From a virus (taxonomy: Duplodnaviria; Caudoviricetes), in IMG/VR virus record IMGVR_UViG_3300030060_002561, positions 18,726 through 82,725 of that record: 64,000 nucleotides of DNA; one strand, 5' to 3'. Both the position numbers and the translations under genes were made by a program. Shown piece by piece: positions 29,901 to 38,846 of the stretch. Below the pieces are notes generated by a model, which was given only the letters and a program-made list of their open reading frames with translations, ran no database searches and was not told where the DNA came from. Every line of letters starts with the position of its first letter. Within the stretch, counting starts at the first letter, position 1.

Positions 29901-30012
29901 CCTTCCCTATCTGAGCGAGATAAAAATCCTCAATTTCATCCATTGAGGACTTCAACCACATAGCAAACTCTGATTCATCAACCGTCATACTGCCACCTGC
30001 GTCTTCAGCCAA
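26983..30012 (-). CDS. Large hypothetical protein (1009 aa), possible internal virion protein
   Basis: Long acidic helical ORF with NITKSIE before a C-terminal domain ending in the HTH-like SLAKKYGVPSDSVY. Confidence 0.55.
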   Translation of the reverse strand: MAEDAGGSMTVDESEFAMWLKSSMDEIEDFYLAQIGKEYLEGGSKYNPRNIKQDLPKGQELTGDNLDSVFQAQIGEQIDGELDVLMENKKREYKREKDLLYRYLIDDSNGFTSTKKDESKLILSVDGDYTVQPHIGETVRDIQSKGLLFDDFKDAIRPLLKTTLRGTNIGKSLFEEQLRYAVTQLSGEKGMKAGDLTSSFEGDVQAVTRVLGRFINLVSSKPMSVSERKQVMQGERDASGFVYRPEDKTQARQHLRVMEDQTSSQLEPLTNQIRQFIEEDEEADIKITRASISGEYLIGDLNLADLESRDEIYKYWEGVATKDFKNLQTKYDDLRKAFLKHKDILIGEGENLNEPLSELIDEYLEFDAKFESAYDDGMNYVLPFKASPMQAAAKDSSDKVRTLFDTFLREMNLVDTGSKTELDMETLRERLLEIGAVERDETRTTVTQRGQGEDETTSASARTEIGTDGKRPIEDAGAQYRLARQSEKARYLESIGETVREIDELIEAKEKFDFDALAEDVDPLFAYAFSKDGSAFKNTAILERELNKLKIGLETNIFGLDLDYDERITDWIESLSKVATQGDTRQIYYLPLSATLEEIILGKSRESKGKALFRIIEAVSPRRLETNKKNISQFLELMASFVEKGDRRSGPSSSVRTKTSQQAITTDPMGIDSIFPARSNDESYLNDIQTVRREFDDLLDAVIDYYVIPIEGMYMPFDDDSSFISEQTSGGVFGALTKGMVDDGLFAVMAKEKEDGTFVDREDIIDFADVLKTLSEPSFAENAKGFKSIIVDLQKDVMIRVFGQSPKSTLGERMKEELGSYFFHMAKRNNVDGYEDILLWNTPARVWKDRHKENPRKAAAPFISFVNHVRRNAGGSGKGSKSGTGSDKGRYLREKGRGSDDSELREALQVFNEIRERFNITKSIEEMRVLAAHDGIRKMLGKPIYYGTSNLDDFGHIAKAQDTLVKSYNVDISAVEIENIVNEFDSMESLAKKYGVPSDSVYYLKANFR

Positions 30013-31889
30013 CTAGCCATGTTAAATTGTCCTTTTGTTGGATATTTTTGTGGATTTGCCAAAATTCTATTCATCTTTATGCGAAGCATTTCTAAAAATT
30101 TGCTTCTGATGGTCGAATACTTGCTACTTAATGCAGTCTCAAGTGCTTCCTTCTTCTCTTCCACTTCTTTCCTGTTCTGTTCGATGATTTCCGCATTGGT
30201 ATCTTCATCATCACCTTCGTCTGCTACGAATTGCAAGAATCCAAAGTAATCCTTAGCGGCTTGCTCGACTTCCTTGCTTTGTAGGGTTGCCTTCTCCAAA
30301 GTAGATAGAACTACGATAATCTTACCAAGACTCAGACTCGTTGGGTCACTCTCCTTGATATTCCTCTTTATCTTCTTCCAGTACCTAGTTGGAACCGTGG
30401 TTGTTCCCTCAAAAGTTCTTGCGCCCCTTGAACCAGTCTTATCTAGTAAGTTCAATGCCTCTTGAGCCATTTTTTCTCTCTGAGACTCGACTGATTCAGA
30501 AAAAAGAGCAGAAATTGCGTCTTTGTCTTCTTCGATGGTGTTTGCTTCTGGATTTAGAACGTATCTTCCGCCCTCTCCGCTTTTTTCCATCTTTTTCAGT
30601 GCTTTTTGCATTGGAGAAAGGAACTCAAACACCTCATCTCTCGATTTACCTTCCAAAACATGTGAAAATTCAGAATTTTTCAATTTTCGCAGGGAAGAAC
30701 GGCTAATGGACTCGGTATCTATCTCACTTTCATCTAAAATCAGTGCTTCGTAGTCATTTTCTGGTATCGAGAACCTCTGAGACTCGACCATTGCTTTGAA
30801 TTCATTCAAACGAGGCGTATTTTTACTCAATTGCTGTAAAAACTTCTTTTTATCGGTGATATTTTCTCCGAAGAGCCTTGCAAGAGCCGAAAGTCCCTCT
30901 CCTTCTGGGTTGTTCTCATATTCTCTCTTCAAATTGGCAAAAACATTGTTCTCTGCCCTACTTTTCCTACCGATATTGTCAATATTACCTAGTTGCTCAT
31001 TCTCTAGGATGTAAATCATACCCGGAGACAGGATTTTGTCTCTAATGAATATGTCATTGAAGAAATCATCCTTACCTGCTAATGACAACCCCTTCCTAAA
31101 TGGCAAAAACTCAGTTCTACCTGCAAATTTGGAACTTCTACCAGAAGAGCCTACCTTGTTGCCTACTTCCTCCAAGTATCGTACTGCGAACTGTCCTGTG
31201 ATGTCACCAACCTGCTGACTCTCTGCTTGCATCGCTTCTGAGAAACCCGCTTTCTCAAACAGGGCAGTTATTTCCTCGTTCGCTAGTTCCTCTACCTTAT
31301 CCAACAGTTCGTCATTCTTGTTCTCCCATGCTCTTAGGTCTTTCAAGAATCGGTGATACTTTTGTTGTCCAGTATCTAGTTTCTCTTCAAGTGCTTGCTT
31401 CATTCTATCTACAAGAGGTTGAGTGTCTCCATTGACGAACTTCCTAGCAAGTTGGGATACCTCTGGAGATATCGTTCTACCACCACTAGTTAGACTCTTT
31501 ATCGCATCCATCGCCTGTTTGTAGTTGGCTCTCCACTCATCATCCATCAGCATATCTTCATCGTTATACTCTAAGAATTCCTCATCGCTCATGTCGTTGA
31601 ACTTGCTCATCTCTCCTACCAAGACTCTCTTTACAGAACGAAGGTCAAGCATCCTGTCCTTTATTGCTTGAATGAATTGTGCATCATCTAGTAACTTGAC
31701 ATCACGCTTTTCCTTTGGGTCTTCTTGTGGCCCATATCTGAAAGACCTACGTTCAAGGCCACTAAGCACACTGAAGATTTTGGCTTTCGTGGAACTCTTT
31801 CTCCAACTGTTAACTGATTTGGCAGGGTCAACCTTCTTGGGGGTTTTCTCAGATTCTATATCTGCCCTAAGTAGGTCTTGCCATGACAT
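29985..31889 (-). CDS. Large hypothetical protein with N-terminal MSWQDLLRA tag
   Basis: 634-aa helical charged ORF. Confidence 0.55.
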   Translation of the reverse strand: MSWQDLLRADIESEKTPKKVDPAKSVNSWRKSSTKAKIFSVLSGLERRSFRYGPQEDPKEKRDVKLLDDAQFIQAIKDRMLDLRSVKRVLVGEMSKFNDMSDEEFLEYNDEDMLMDDEWRANYKQAMDAIKSLTSGGRTISPEVSQLARKFVNGDTQPLVDRMKQALEEKLDTGQQKYHRFLKDLRAWENKNDELLDKVEELANEEITALFEKAGFSEAMQAESQQVGDITGQFAVRYLEEVGNKVGSSGRSSKFAGRTEFLPFRKGLSLAGKDDFFNDIFIRDKILSPGMIYILENEQLGNIDNIGRKSRAENNVFANLKREYENNPEGEGLSALARLFGENITDKKKFLQQLSKNTPRLNEFKAMVESQRFSIPENDYEALILDESEIDTESISRSSLRKLKNSEFSHVLEGKSRDEVFEFLSPMQKALKKMEKSGEGGRYVLNPEANTIEEDKDAISALFSESVESQREKMAQEALNLLDKTGSRGARTFEGTTTVPTRYWKKIKRNIKESDPTSLSLGKIIVVLSTLEKATLQSKEVEQAAKDYFGFLQFVADEGDDEDTNAEIIEQNRKEVEEKKEALETALSSKYSTIRSKFLEMLRIKMNRILANPQKYPTKGQFNMASWLKTQVAV

Positions 31890-31891
31890 AT

Positions 31892-32188
31892 CTATTCCTG
31901 CCTTGACTTCTTATTCCTTTCTTTTATTCTAGCCAGAAGTTCCGCTTCATTCTCTTTGGTTCTCTTGGCGGCTTCTTCATCTTGACCTGTAGATGGCGTT
32001 GTAGATACTCTCTCCTGTGGTGTCTTAGACTCCCCCATGACATGTCTCACGTATTGTTGAATTTCATCCTCAGTTAACGGTTCTGGTCGCACAGCAATCC
32101 CTAATCTCTTTGCATCTTCCCTAAAGTTACCACTAGGTACGAAATCCTTTGGCAATTCTTTTTTCTTTATCACTTCTTTCCATTTCAT
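31892..32188 (-). CDS. Hypothetical protein with MKWKEVIKK tag
   Basis: 98-aa ORF in the operon. Confidence 0.55.
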   Translation of the reverse strand: MKWKEVIKKKELPKDFVPSGNFREDAKRLGIAVRPEPLTEDEIQQYVRHVMGESKTPQERVSTTPSTGQDEEAAKRTKENEAELLARIKERNKKSRQE

Positions 32189-32243
32189 CTGTATATCTCT
32201 CCTTGGTTATACCATGTCTCAAAATCTATCTTAGTTGTAAATA

Positions 32244-32600
32244 TCATTCTATGTACTCACCTTTGACTTTCTCATATACTCTACGAACCTCTTCCTCATT
32301 CTCATACTCACCGTTAGGATACATAGTTACGGGGTTAATAGCGTAATCTGCTACTTCTTCGTCTGACATCGTTCTCCACGTATCTTCTATCTCCTTGGCA
32401 TCCTTAACAGGGTCCAATTTTTCCATATACTCTATGAATTCATAGAATTCCTTTGCCTCTTCTGCTCTACTACCGTCTTCAACAGGACTTTCATACCTTC
32501 TAGCAAACACATACAAGTCGTATATGAAAGCCTTGTATATCTCTCTGAGCATTTCATTTAGTGAAATTTCCTCCGCTTTCAGAATATCTTTCCAACTCAT
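32244..32600 (-). CDS. Hypothetical protein with MSWKDILKA tag
   Basis: 118-aa acidic ORF overlapping the upstream stop. Confidence 0.6.
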   Translation of the reverse strand: MSWKDILKAEEISLNEMLREIYKAFIYDLYVFARRYESPVEDGSRAEEAKEFYEFIEYMEKLDPVKDAKEIEDTWRTMSDEEVADYAINPVTMYPNGEYENEEEVRRVYEKVKGEYIE

Positions 32601-33253
32601 TGTAACTTATCCTCCATCTGCTTCCTCACATCCAACCATACATCTGGATGGTTCTGTGCTAGAACCTCCTTGATTACTTGCATCTGGTGAACGATAACTG
32701 TGTCTTGCCTCTTGTGAACCAACTTGCCCTTGAACTCCATGAGGTACTTGAGGCTCTCACGAATCTCCTTTGCCAACTTGGTTAGAGAGTCAATGTACTT
32801 CGGGTCAAGTGCATCCTGTGCGAACAACTCATCCACCTTGGCCTCAAGCCTGTTGATGTTGTTGCTTAGAGTATCTATCTCATTGACTTCCTTCTGTGCA
32901 ATTAGGTTCGCCGCAGATTGTTGTACCAATGGTTGTAGGTGATGTGTCATGTGCCTGAACACTTGGTCGTCTGTGCAACCTAGGAAATCAGCAACCTCAG
33001 ACGGTGATATTTCGCCAGAGTGAATTCTCGTTTCCAACTCAGAGCGACTCTCGGAAGTGCATAGTACACACTTTGGATTCGCAGACTTGGTGTATCCTGT
33101 CATGTGGTTCCTCTGGTGTTTGGCAGATGTCCCACTAGGCCAGTTCTCCAATCTATCTAACTCATCAGCAGTAATTACCATGTCATCTAGGTCTGCCTCA
33201 AGTTGGTCACGATTCTCATGTTGGCAGAGTTGACATCGCTTTCTGGTAATCAT
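32597..33253 (-). CDS. Tandem zinc-finger/HTH protein, candidate terminase small subunit
   Basis: Two repeats of CxxC...HxxxH (CQLC...HQRNH; CVLC...HMTHH) followed by a coiled coil, upstream of terL. The TerS role is inference. Confidence 0.5.
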   Translation of the reverse strand: MITRKRCQLCQHENRDQLEADLDDMVITADELDRLENWPSGTSAKHQRNHMTGYTKSANPKCVLCTSESRSELETRIHSGEISPSEVADFLGCTDDQVFRHMTHHLQPLVQQSAANLIAQKEVNEIDTLSNNINRLEAKVDELFAQDALDPKYIDSLTKLAKEIRESLKYLMEFKGKLVHKRQDTVIVHQMQVIKEVLAQNHPDVWLDVRKQMEDKLQ

Positions 33254-33257
33254 GTAA

Positions 33258-34490
33258 TCACTCTGTCTTCAATGTATTGAACCACTCACTCTTGTTCATG
33301 CTAGTTTCCATTTCGTCATCGGCTTCCTCTTCTGGGTCAACCGTGAATTCCTTTCCTCTTGTTCTGGGTTCTCCAGTCTCTGGGTCTGGTGGCCCTTGTG
33401 ACATGTTAGGTGCAGGTGCGGGTGTCTGTGGAATCATTGGCATTCCTATTCCCATTGAAGCAGGGTCCATTCCAGACATGTCCATTGGAGGTGGCGCACC
33501 CGGAGGTTCTGCTAGTGGTGGAACAGGCGGTTGCTTGTTCACTCGGTAGTGGTCGTTCTCTTGGTCTGGGTCTACTCCTTTTCTCATTTCTTGTTCCTCC
33601 GTGTTAGATGGATTATATCTATCTCCGTACATTAATCGGCTAAACCAATTACTTGCGGCAGATGACTTTCTTCCTCTCTTTGTTGGCATGGGAAGTGCCT
33701 TACCTGTCTTTAGGTCGTTAATTCCTCCACTATACAGGTTCTCTATTTGATTCTCAATGGCTCTAATCTGACCATCGCTTAAGCCTTCCAATTTGTCTGG
33801 GTTGCTTAGTGTAGCCTCTAATTCTTGAATCTGTGATATAACTTTCTCATCTTCAGCAGTTATGTTCATCTTATCCTTGTCTTTCTTAGAACCGTCTGGA
33901 TTGATGTTTCTAGTTAGGAAACTCCTTGCTCTAGCATCCGTAGCATAATCTCCCATCTCTGATTGTATCCTAGATTGTTTAGCCTGATTTTCTTCGCTGA
34001 GTTGTTGACCACTTGCTAATCTAGTCGCAGGGTCTGCTACTCTCTGTCCTATCGCACTAGCATATCTTGCCGCCTGTTCTCTCCCCGGTTTAGTAATCCT
34101 ATCTGCCGCACCGCCAGTTACTGTGTTTACTGTCGAAGCAATATTACTAGGGCGCATAGCATCCATGGCACTCCCGATTGCTGGAATTACCTTGCCGGGT
34201 AAACTTGCGACATTTGATACTGTTTGCATGTTTGGTAGTGAAGGTTCACCTAGTAACCGAGAGGCTTGTTGTCCTATCTTGGCCTTAGCACCTTCCATTA
34301 ATTTACGTTTATTAGCCGCTTCAATCTCTTTCTGTCTTGCTAGTTCTACTTGTTTCTTTTGTTTCGCGGCCTCGGCTTTTGCTCTAGCCGCTTCTGTCTG
34401 GGCTTGTTGTTGTGCAAAGAACGCGAAGTTGTCATCTTGCATTTTACCTCGTTCCTCATCAGTTTGCTTTAACACAGCCGTCCAACTCAT
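33258..34490 (-). CDS. Low-complexity protein with W-tags at both ends
   Basis: Starts MSWTAVLKQ and ends SEWFNTLKTE; A/Q/P-rich. Confidence 0.55.
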   Translation of the reverse strand: MSWTAVLKQTDEERGKMQDDNFAFFAQQQAQTEAARAKAEAAKQKKQVELARQKEIEAANKRKLMEGAKAKIGQQASRLLGEPSLPNMQTVSNVASLPGKVIPAIGSAMDAMRPSNIASTVNTVTGGAADRITKPGREQAARYASAIGQRVADPATRLASGQQLSEENQAKQSRIQSEMGDYATDARARSFLTRNINPDGSKKDKDKMNITAEDEKVISQIQELEATLSNPDKLEGLSDGQIRAIENQIENLYSGGINDLKTGKALPMPTKRGRKSSAASNWFSRLMYGDRYNPSNTEEQEMRKGVDPDQENDHYRVNKQPPVPPLAEPPGAPPPMDMSGMDPASMGIGMPMIPQTPAPAPNMSQGPPDPETGEPRTRGKEFTVDPEEEADDEMETSMNKSEWFNTLKTE

Positions 34491-34566
34491 TTTCTACCAC
34501 CGCCACCACAGTATGGACATACGGTGATTGCAAGATTCTCTCTTGATATCTTCATATCACAGCAAG

Positions 34567-35913
34567 TTAACATTTGAGAATTTCCTCCCATGACTTCTTC
34601 ATGTTCTTCTCCCCATCCTTCTTCTGCTTGTATTCCTCTGCTCTCTGTCGAGATGCTTGTTGCGCTCTCTCCTGCTTCAAGGATACGAACAGGTATAGCG
34701 TGTCTGCACCTGTACCTAGTTTCGGCAAGTCGTTATCTAGAACCAGATTCGCCTTCTTCATGAAATGGAACATCAGTCTGTTGACCTGCTTCCTAGCAGG
34801 GAATGATATCCAGATAAAATCTAATTCTATGTTCTCCCTCAGACCTGCTAGTTCTTGCGCTTCGTCACTCTCACCATCTGTGGGTATGGGGTTTCTCTCA
34901 AACTCGCTTGCTACCTCAGACCAGTTCAAGGTTCCAGACCTGCGAACGTACTTGCTCTGTCTCTTCTGGGATTTGATGTCGTCAATTATCTCGTTGGCTA
35001 TGTCCTCTACGCCATCTAGTTTGACTGCTTTCTGCCAACTGCCCTTACCTGCCGTTGACTGAATCTTGATTCTGTTCTGCTTGGGTATTCCACCACCCGC
35101 ACCTGTTGACTTGCCCCATGACTCCCTTAGTTCCTTGACAATTGTATACAGGCTTTCACTCTTGAATTCACCAGTACCATCACCATACATGGCTTGCCAC
35201 ATAGGAGGCTTTGCTTGCCCTTTGGTGGGTTTGTACCAATCTTCTGGCGCGGCCTTTCCCCAATTTCTTCCCTCAAACTGGTCACCAAGAGCATCTGCCC
35301 TCGTATCTATCCTATCCACATACTCCGGGGTAACGTAGTGTCCGTAAACTGGCTCGGTGTCTATGGTAATTCCAGCATCATTGAAATCTGTGGGATTACT
35401 GAACATCACGTTCTGTGGATTGAGATTGCTTTCTGACCTATCTACCTCTTTCATCAATGCTTCCAGTTTCTTCAGCGCGGTAAGGTTCTGTCCGGGCAGA
35501 CTCTTACCCGGTTTTGACAGTTTATCCAGAACATCGAGCATGGCACTACCGCTTCTCTCACCAGTACCTTGGGGGCCGCCTCCCTTCGTTCTACCTGTGA
35601 TTCCATGAGCCTCTATTATCTTCAGGAGATTGTCTCCACTTGCTACGAATAACTTGTCACCGGAGAGACTCTTTGCGGCATTCTTCCACTTCTTCAACCG
35701 CTTGGCTAAATCGTTCAATCCGCCGGGTAGCGGAACCATCACTATTTGCCCGCTTGCATCAGTTATGGGGATTAACTCAGCCTTCCTTATCTCGCCGTTT
35801 CCTGCGCTTCTTTTTCTTGTTCGCAATTGAGTAGCCCCCCGTTTTATTGTTGAATAATGCACTTGTTCCAGAAGAGGTGCTTGTGACAGCACCCGCCATT
35901 CTGAGTATGTCAA
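34567..35913 (-). CDS. Hypothetical protein with C-terminal SWEEILKC tag
   Basis: Long ORF. The true start is probably near 35739, because the 5' part overlaps the next gene. Confidence 0.55.
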   Translation of the reverse strand: MTYSEWRVLSQAPLLEQVHYSTIKRGATQLRTRKRSAGNGEIRKAELIPITDASGQIVMVPLPGGLNDLAKRLKKWKNAAKSLSGDKLFVASGDNLLKIIEAHGITGRTKGGGPQGTGERSGSAMLDVLDKLSKPGKSLPGQNLTALKKLEALMKEVDRSESNLNPQNVMFSNPTDFNDAGITIDTEPVYGHYVTPEYVDRIDTRADALGDQFEGRNWGKAAPEDWYKPTKGQAKPPMWQAMYGDGTGEFKSESLYTIVKELRESWGKSTGAGGGIPKQNRIKIQSTAGKGSWQKAVKLDGVEDIANEIIDDIKSQKRQSKYVRRSGTLNWSEVASEFERNPIPTDGESDEAQELAGLRENIELDFIWISFPARKQVNRLMFHFMKKANLVLDNDLPKLGTGADTLYLFVSLKQERAQQASRQRAEEYKQKKDGEKNMKKSWEEILKC

Positions 35914-35932
35914 ACCATGCCTCGTTATTCAT
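35777..35932 (-). CDS. Small basic protein with W-tag
   Basis: MNNEAWFDILRMAGAVTSTSSG...KKKKRRKRRDKEG; the start at 35932 is inferred. Confidence 0.5.
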   Translation of the reverse strand: MNNEAWFDILRMAGAVTSTSSGTSALFNNKTGGYSIANKKKKRRKRRDKEG

Positions 35933-36090
35933 TCTTGTCTTTGAGGGTGCTTTTGACATCTTATCACCTGTTAGTTGGTAGAGCAAACAAAGATTCTCAA
36001 AAATTGGGCCGTAATTTTTGTGCCACTAGCGAAATTTTACCTTCCTACCTTGCCCCATTCCCAAGATAAGGTTCACCTTCTAGGTAGAAA

Positions 36091-36333
36091 TTAATATTCA
36101 CCTAGTTTAGTTTGCTTCAAGTTACCTCCTTCTTCTACTCCCTTCGCGGGAACTACCTTTGGATTGCGTCTTTTTATCTCTTTTACCTGTTCTTCCGATA
36201 ACGCAGTATCTAGGAGTTCTTGGGGCAAGGTAGTTTGTTCTTTTGTATGGGTAGCCCGTTTTTTATTGCTACCTTTTTTACCCGCTTCATCATCTTGCTT
36301 GATAATGTTAAACCAAGATGAGTTAGATACCAT
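36091..36333 (-). CDS. Hypothetical protein with SWFNIIKQ tag
   Basis: 80-aa ORF. Confidence 0.5.
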   Translation of the reverse strand: MVSNSSWFNIIKQDDEAGKKGSNKKRATHTKEQTTLPQELLDTALSEEQVKEIKRRNPKVVPAKGVEEGGNLKQTKLGEY

Positions 36334-36410
36334 TGGTAGGCCCGAAACTTACCAATTAGATTAACCTTGGCCCACCATTTTCTATCTACCTAAGAAAAAA
36401 ATTTGAACTG

Positions 36411-36438
36411 CAAAGCCATATGGTTGTAGGATACTTTG
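36411..36438. promoter_or_regulatory. Palindromic element, copy 1
   Basis: CAAAG-CCATATGGT-tgtaggat-ACTTTG; the left spacer is shortened. Confidence 0.6.
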
Positions 36439-36478
36439 TTAGGATAATCATACCTGATGGGAGGGGAGAGAAGATTAC

Positions 36479-36844
36479 CTATCTTCCCTCCGCCTCCTTT
36501 GCGAGTCTCTCTGCTTCCCTGTCCAGTAATACTTGGTGCTTCTCTGAAATGGGCCAGTGAGGATACTGTGATGCGAGCCTTTGAGCAAACCAGAGGTTAA
36601 CCTTGGACTCTTGGACCTTGCCTCTTTTGTCCTCAAAGCGGGTTCTCCAAGAAGCATACCTGTTCCAGTACGCCCTTTGTCCTTGTTTCCTACTGATGGT
36701 GTCTCCTGCCTTACCTTCAACTACTTCCTTGTGTCTGTTAGACCAAGTGTTAGTGTTTCTGCCTTTGATGGTAGGTTTATCTTCTGCGTAGTCAAACTCA
36801 GGATTGTAAGTCATCAGGGTTGACCTCCCTTTGAGAACTGCCAA
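36479..36844 (-). CDS. Hypothetical protein
   Basis: 121-aa basic ORF overlapping the upstream gene end. Confidence 0.5.
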   Translation of the reverse strand: MAVLKGRSTLMTYNPEFDYAEDKPTIKGRNTNTWSNRHKEVVEGKAGDTISRKQGQRAYWNRYASWRTRFEDKRGKVQESKVNLWFAQRLASQYPHWPISEKHQVLLDREAERLAKEAEGR

Positions 36845-37068
36845 CCGTTTCCTATCCTCTCTTCTAAGTCTTCCATCTTAGTTTCCATCCAGATAAGACT
36901 CTCAATCCATCCACAGTGAATGTAGTAATCGTTAGGCAACGGGTTTCGTGTTGTACCTGTCTTTATCCTATGCTCGATTATACTATCCATCATCATTCGG
37001 ATGTCACTCTTAGCAATCTCTATTTCATCACACATTATTTCTAGATTAGTTCTCCTAGTTTTGTTCAT
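36814..37068 (-). CDS. Hypothetical protein
   Basis: Start reassigned to ATG 37068 (MNKTRRTN), downstream of palindrome copy 2. Confidence 0.5.
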   Translation of the reverse strand: MNKTRRTNLEIMCDEIEIAKSDIRMMMDSIIEHRIKTGTTRNPLPNDYYIHCGWIESLIWMETKMEDLEERIGNGWQFSKGGQP

Positions 37069-37106
37069 GTCTGTATCTGGCAATGCGAGATGATAAGGTG
37101 AGTTGA

Positions 37107-37139
37107 CAAAGTTACTACCATATGGTATTGTACACTTTG
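37107..37139. promoter_or_regulatory. Palindromic element, copy 2
   Basis: CAAAGT-tact-ACCATATGGT-attgtac-ACTTTG. Confidence 0.7.
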
Positions 37140-37485
37140 CTCTGGACAAGCACCTGAAGTTTGTCGGGGGAAGGAGTTTAATTGCTGAATTTGCGAGTTA
37201 ATTCAATGTTCAAGGACAGCAATCTCCAACCCCCGACTAGGAGTTTATCTATAGGACATCCGGAAGGTAGAGGTTCACCTAGAATGTGTTAAGCAGGAAT
37301 TTCGGAATCACGCTTTTCGCGTACCTTAGTCTTACCATCGAATACTTCTCTCAACCCAACTAATTGCCTAGGGTAAGTTGGTTGTTAGCGAGGGCTATGG
37401 AGTTTCGCGTTGCTACCCATTTGTCATAACATGCGTATTCATCATGGGTGTGGAAACTTATCCTTCCTTCAGTCCTATAGGAGTG

Positions 37486-37677
37486 TTATTTGTGGAACTC
37501 TTCAACAGAATCGTTGAAACTGCGAAGAGCCGCGTATATTTCTTGTAGGGCCGTGTTCAAGTCATCACTTCTAACCTTGAGTGACTTCAACACTACTACA
37601 TGATTAGAGCCAGACTTAGAATGTCCGACATCTATCTCATATTGATACTGTTTCAAATCTACTTGTCCAGTATTCAT
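37486..37677 (-). CDS. Hypothetical protein
   Basis: 63 aa with an ATGA overlap with the upstream gene. Confidence 0.55.
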   Translation of the reverse strand: MNTGQVDLKQYQYEIDVGHSKSGSNHVVVLKSLKVRSDDLNTALQEIYAALRSFNDSVEEFHK

Positions 37678-37940
37678 CTATCCACCCCATCCAGTTGAAA
37701 GAGATGTTTACCGTCTGCATCTATTGTGAAGACACCAAGTAGCCTGTTACCTGTTCGTGCGTTAGAACCACCAGTTGACCATACTATGAACCAGTCTTTG
37801 TTTGATTCTGCGTCAAAGTATGCTCTTACCTTGATTCCAGACTCCCAACCGTTGCTAGTCATTGTTAAGCCGCTTGATTTAGTACCAAGTCTTGACGCTT
37901 CGCCTCTGTTACCTTGTATTGTGCCTCTGTATTGTGCCAT
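37674..37940 (-). CDS. Hypothetical protein
   Basis: 88 aa, Gly-rich and beta-like; starts about 40 nt from palindrome copy 3. Confidence 0.6.
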   Translation of the reverse strand: MAQYRGTIQGNRGEASRLGTKSSGLTMTSNGWESGIKVRAYFDAESNKDWFIVWSTGGSNARTGNRLLGVFTIDADGKHLFQLDGVDR

Positions 37941-37979
37941 GGTTCCCTATGGCCTATCGGGGTTAAGGTAATTAGCGAG

Positions 37980-38015
37980 CAAAGTGCTACTACCATATGG
38001 TTTGTAATTACTTTG
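37980..38015. promoter_or_regulatory. Palindromic element, copy 3
   Basis: CAAAGT-gctact-ACCATATGGT-ttgtaatt-ACTTTG. Confidence 0.7.
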
Positions 38016-38108
38016 CTATCGGAAAATTCCTCAAGTTGGCCCACAGTGGGGAGGTCGGTGTTCTGACCCCCCCTCTGGGGTTATGTGGTTCCTCGGTACT
38101 CGGTTCGC

Positions 38109-38708
38109 CTACTTAGAGGACTTCTTGGCCTTCTTCTTAGGTTTCTCCGGCCTATCCGCGAGCGGGATTTGGGTGAAGGCGACTGTCCAAGACCAATCCT
38201 CGCTCTCTGGCTCGTAGGTGCCATCCCAACAGCGACCATATGCATCCCCGGTCCTAGGTTCTGCATTGTGACCCCTAAACTGAGCATTCAGAGCGTTTCT
38301 GATTGCCGTTTCATCTCTCTGGGAGAATTGTGAGCCACTAATGAACCATCCACCATCGGAACGGCCCGAAGCAGTCTCAACAATCTTCACGGAGACATTA
38401 TTCTCCCAAGACCGGGTTCTCTCTGCCTTGATATCGGTAATAATTGCCTCTCGGCTCACTATCATCTCGGCAGTTAGACCAACTGGTATCTTCACGGTGA
38501 CGAAGGGTGAGTCTGGAAGGTCTTCAAAGACCTCCTTGATTGATGTACTTAGCCTACCTCGCCTTGTTGACATCTTGTCTCCCTTGTCCAACCACTTGTG
38601 TACGACCTTCAACTCTGCTTTCTGCTCTTTGTTAAGGTCTGGGTGGTCTTTCTCCCAATCTTCCACTTTCTTTCTTGTTTCTTTCCATTCTTCATCGCTT
38701 ATTGCCAT
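38109..38708 (-). CDS. Hypothetical protein (probable paralog of 39259-39729)
   Basis: 199 aa with a GGTGAT RBS and TATATA at 38732-38737. Confidence 0.65.
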   Translation of the reverse strand: MAISDEEWKETRKKVEDWEKDHPDLNKEQKAELKVVHKWLDKGDKMSTRRGRLSTSIKEVFEDLPDSPFVTVKIPVGLTAEMIVSREAIITDIKAERTRSWENNVSVKIVETASGRSDGGWFISGSQFSQRDETAIRNALNAQFRGHNAEPRTGDAYGRCWDGTYEPESEDWSWTVAFTQIPLADRPEKPKKKAKKSSK

Positions 38709-38747
38709 GTATCACCTAATACCGACATGGGTATATAGGGTAATGAA

Positions 38748-38782
38748 CAAAAGTAACAACCATATGGTTTGTACATACTTTG
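38748..38782. promoter_or_regulatory. Palindromic element, copy 4
   Basis: CAAAAGT-aaca-ACCATATGGT-ttgtacat-ACTTTG, about 10 bp from a TATATA box. Confidence 0.7.
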
Positions 38783-38805
38783 TTCGGTAAACTACCTCGA
38801 TTTGG

Positions 38806-38836
38806 TGAGGGGGGGATGGAGGTATTCCCCCCCTCA
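38806..38836. terminator. Perfect 11-bp hairpin downstream of 38847-39107
   Basis: TGAGGGGGGGA-tggaggtat-TCCCCCCCTCA. Confidence 0.55.
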
Positions 38837-38846
38837 GTATGCGAGG

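Noticed and set aside
128-35834. Numerous plus-strand ORFs of 60-180 aa in the left arm
   Set aside because: They are antisense shadows of the densely packed minus-strand genes, rich in S/L/F, with no motifs or RBS.
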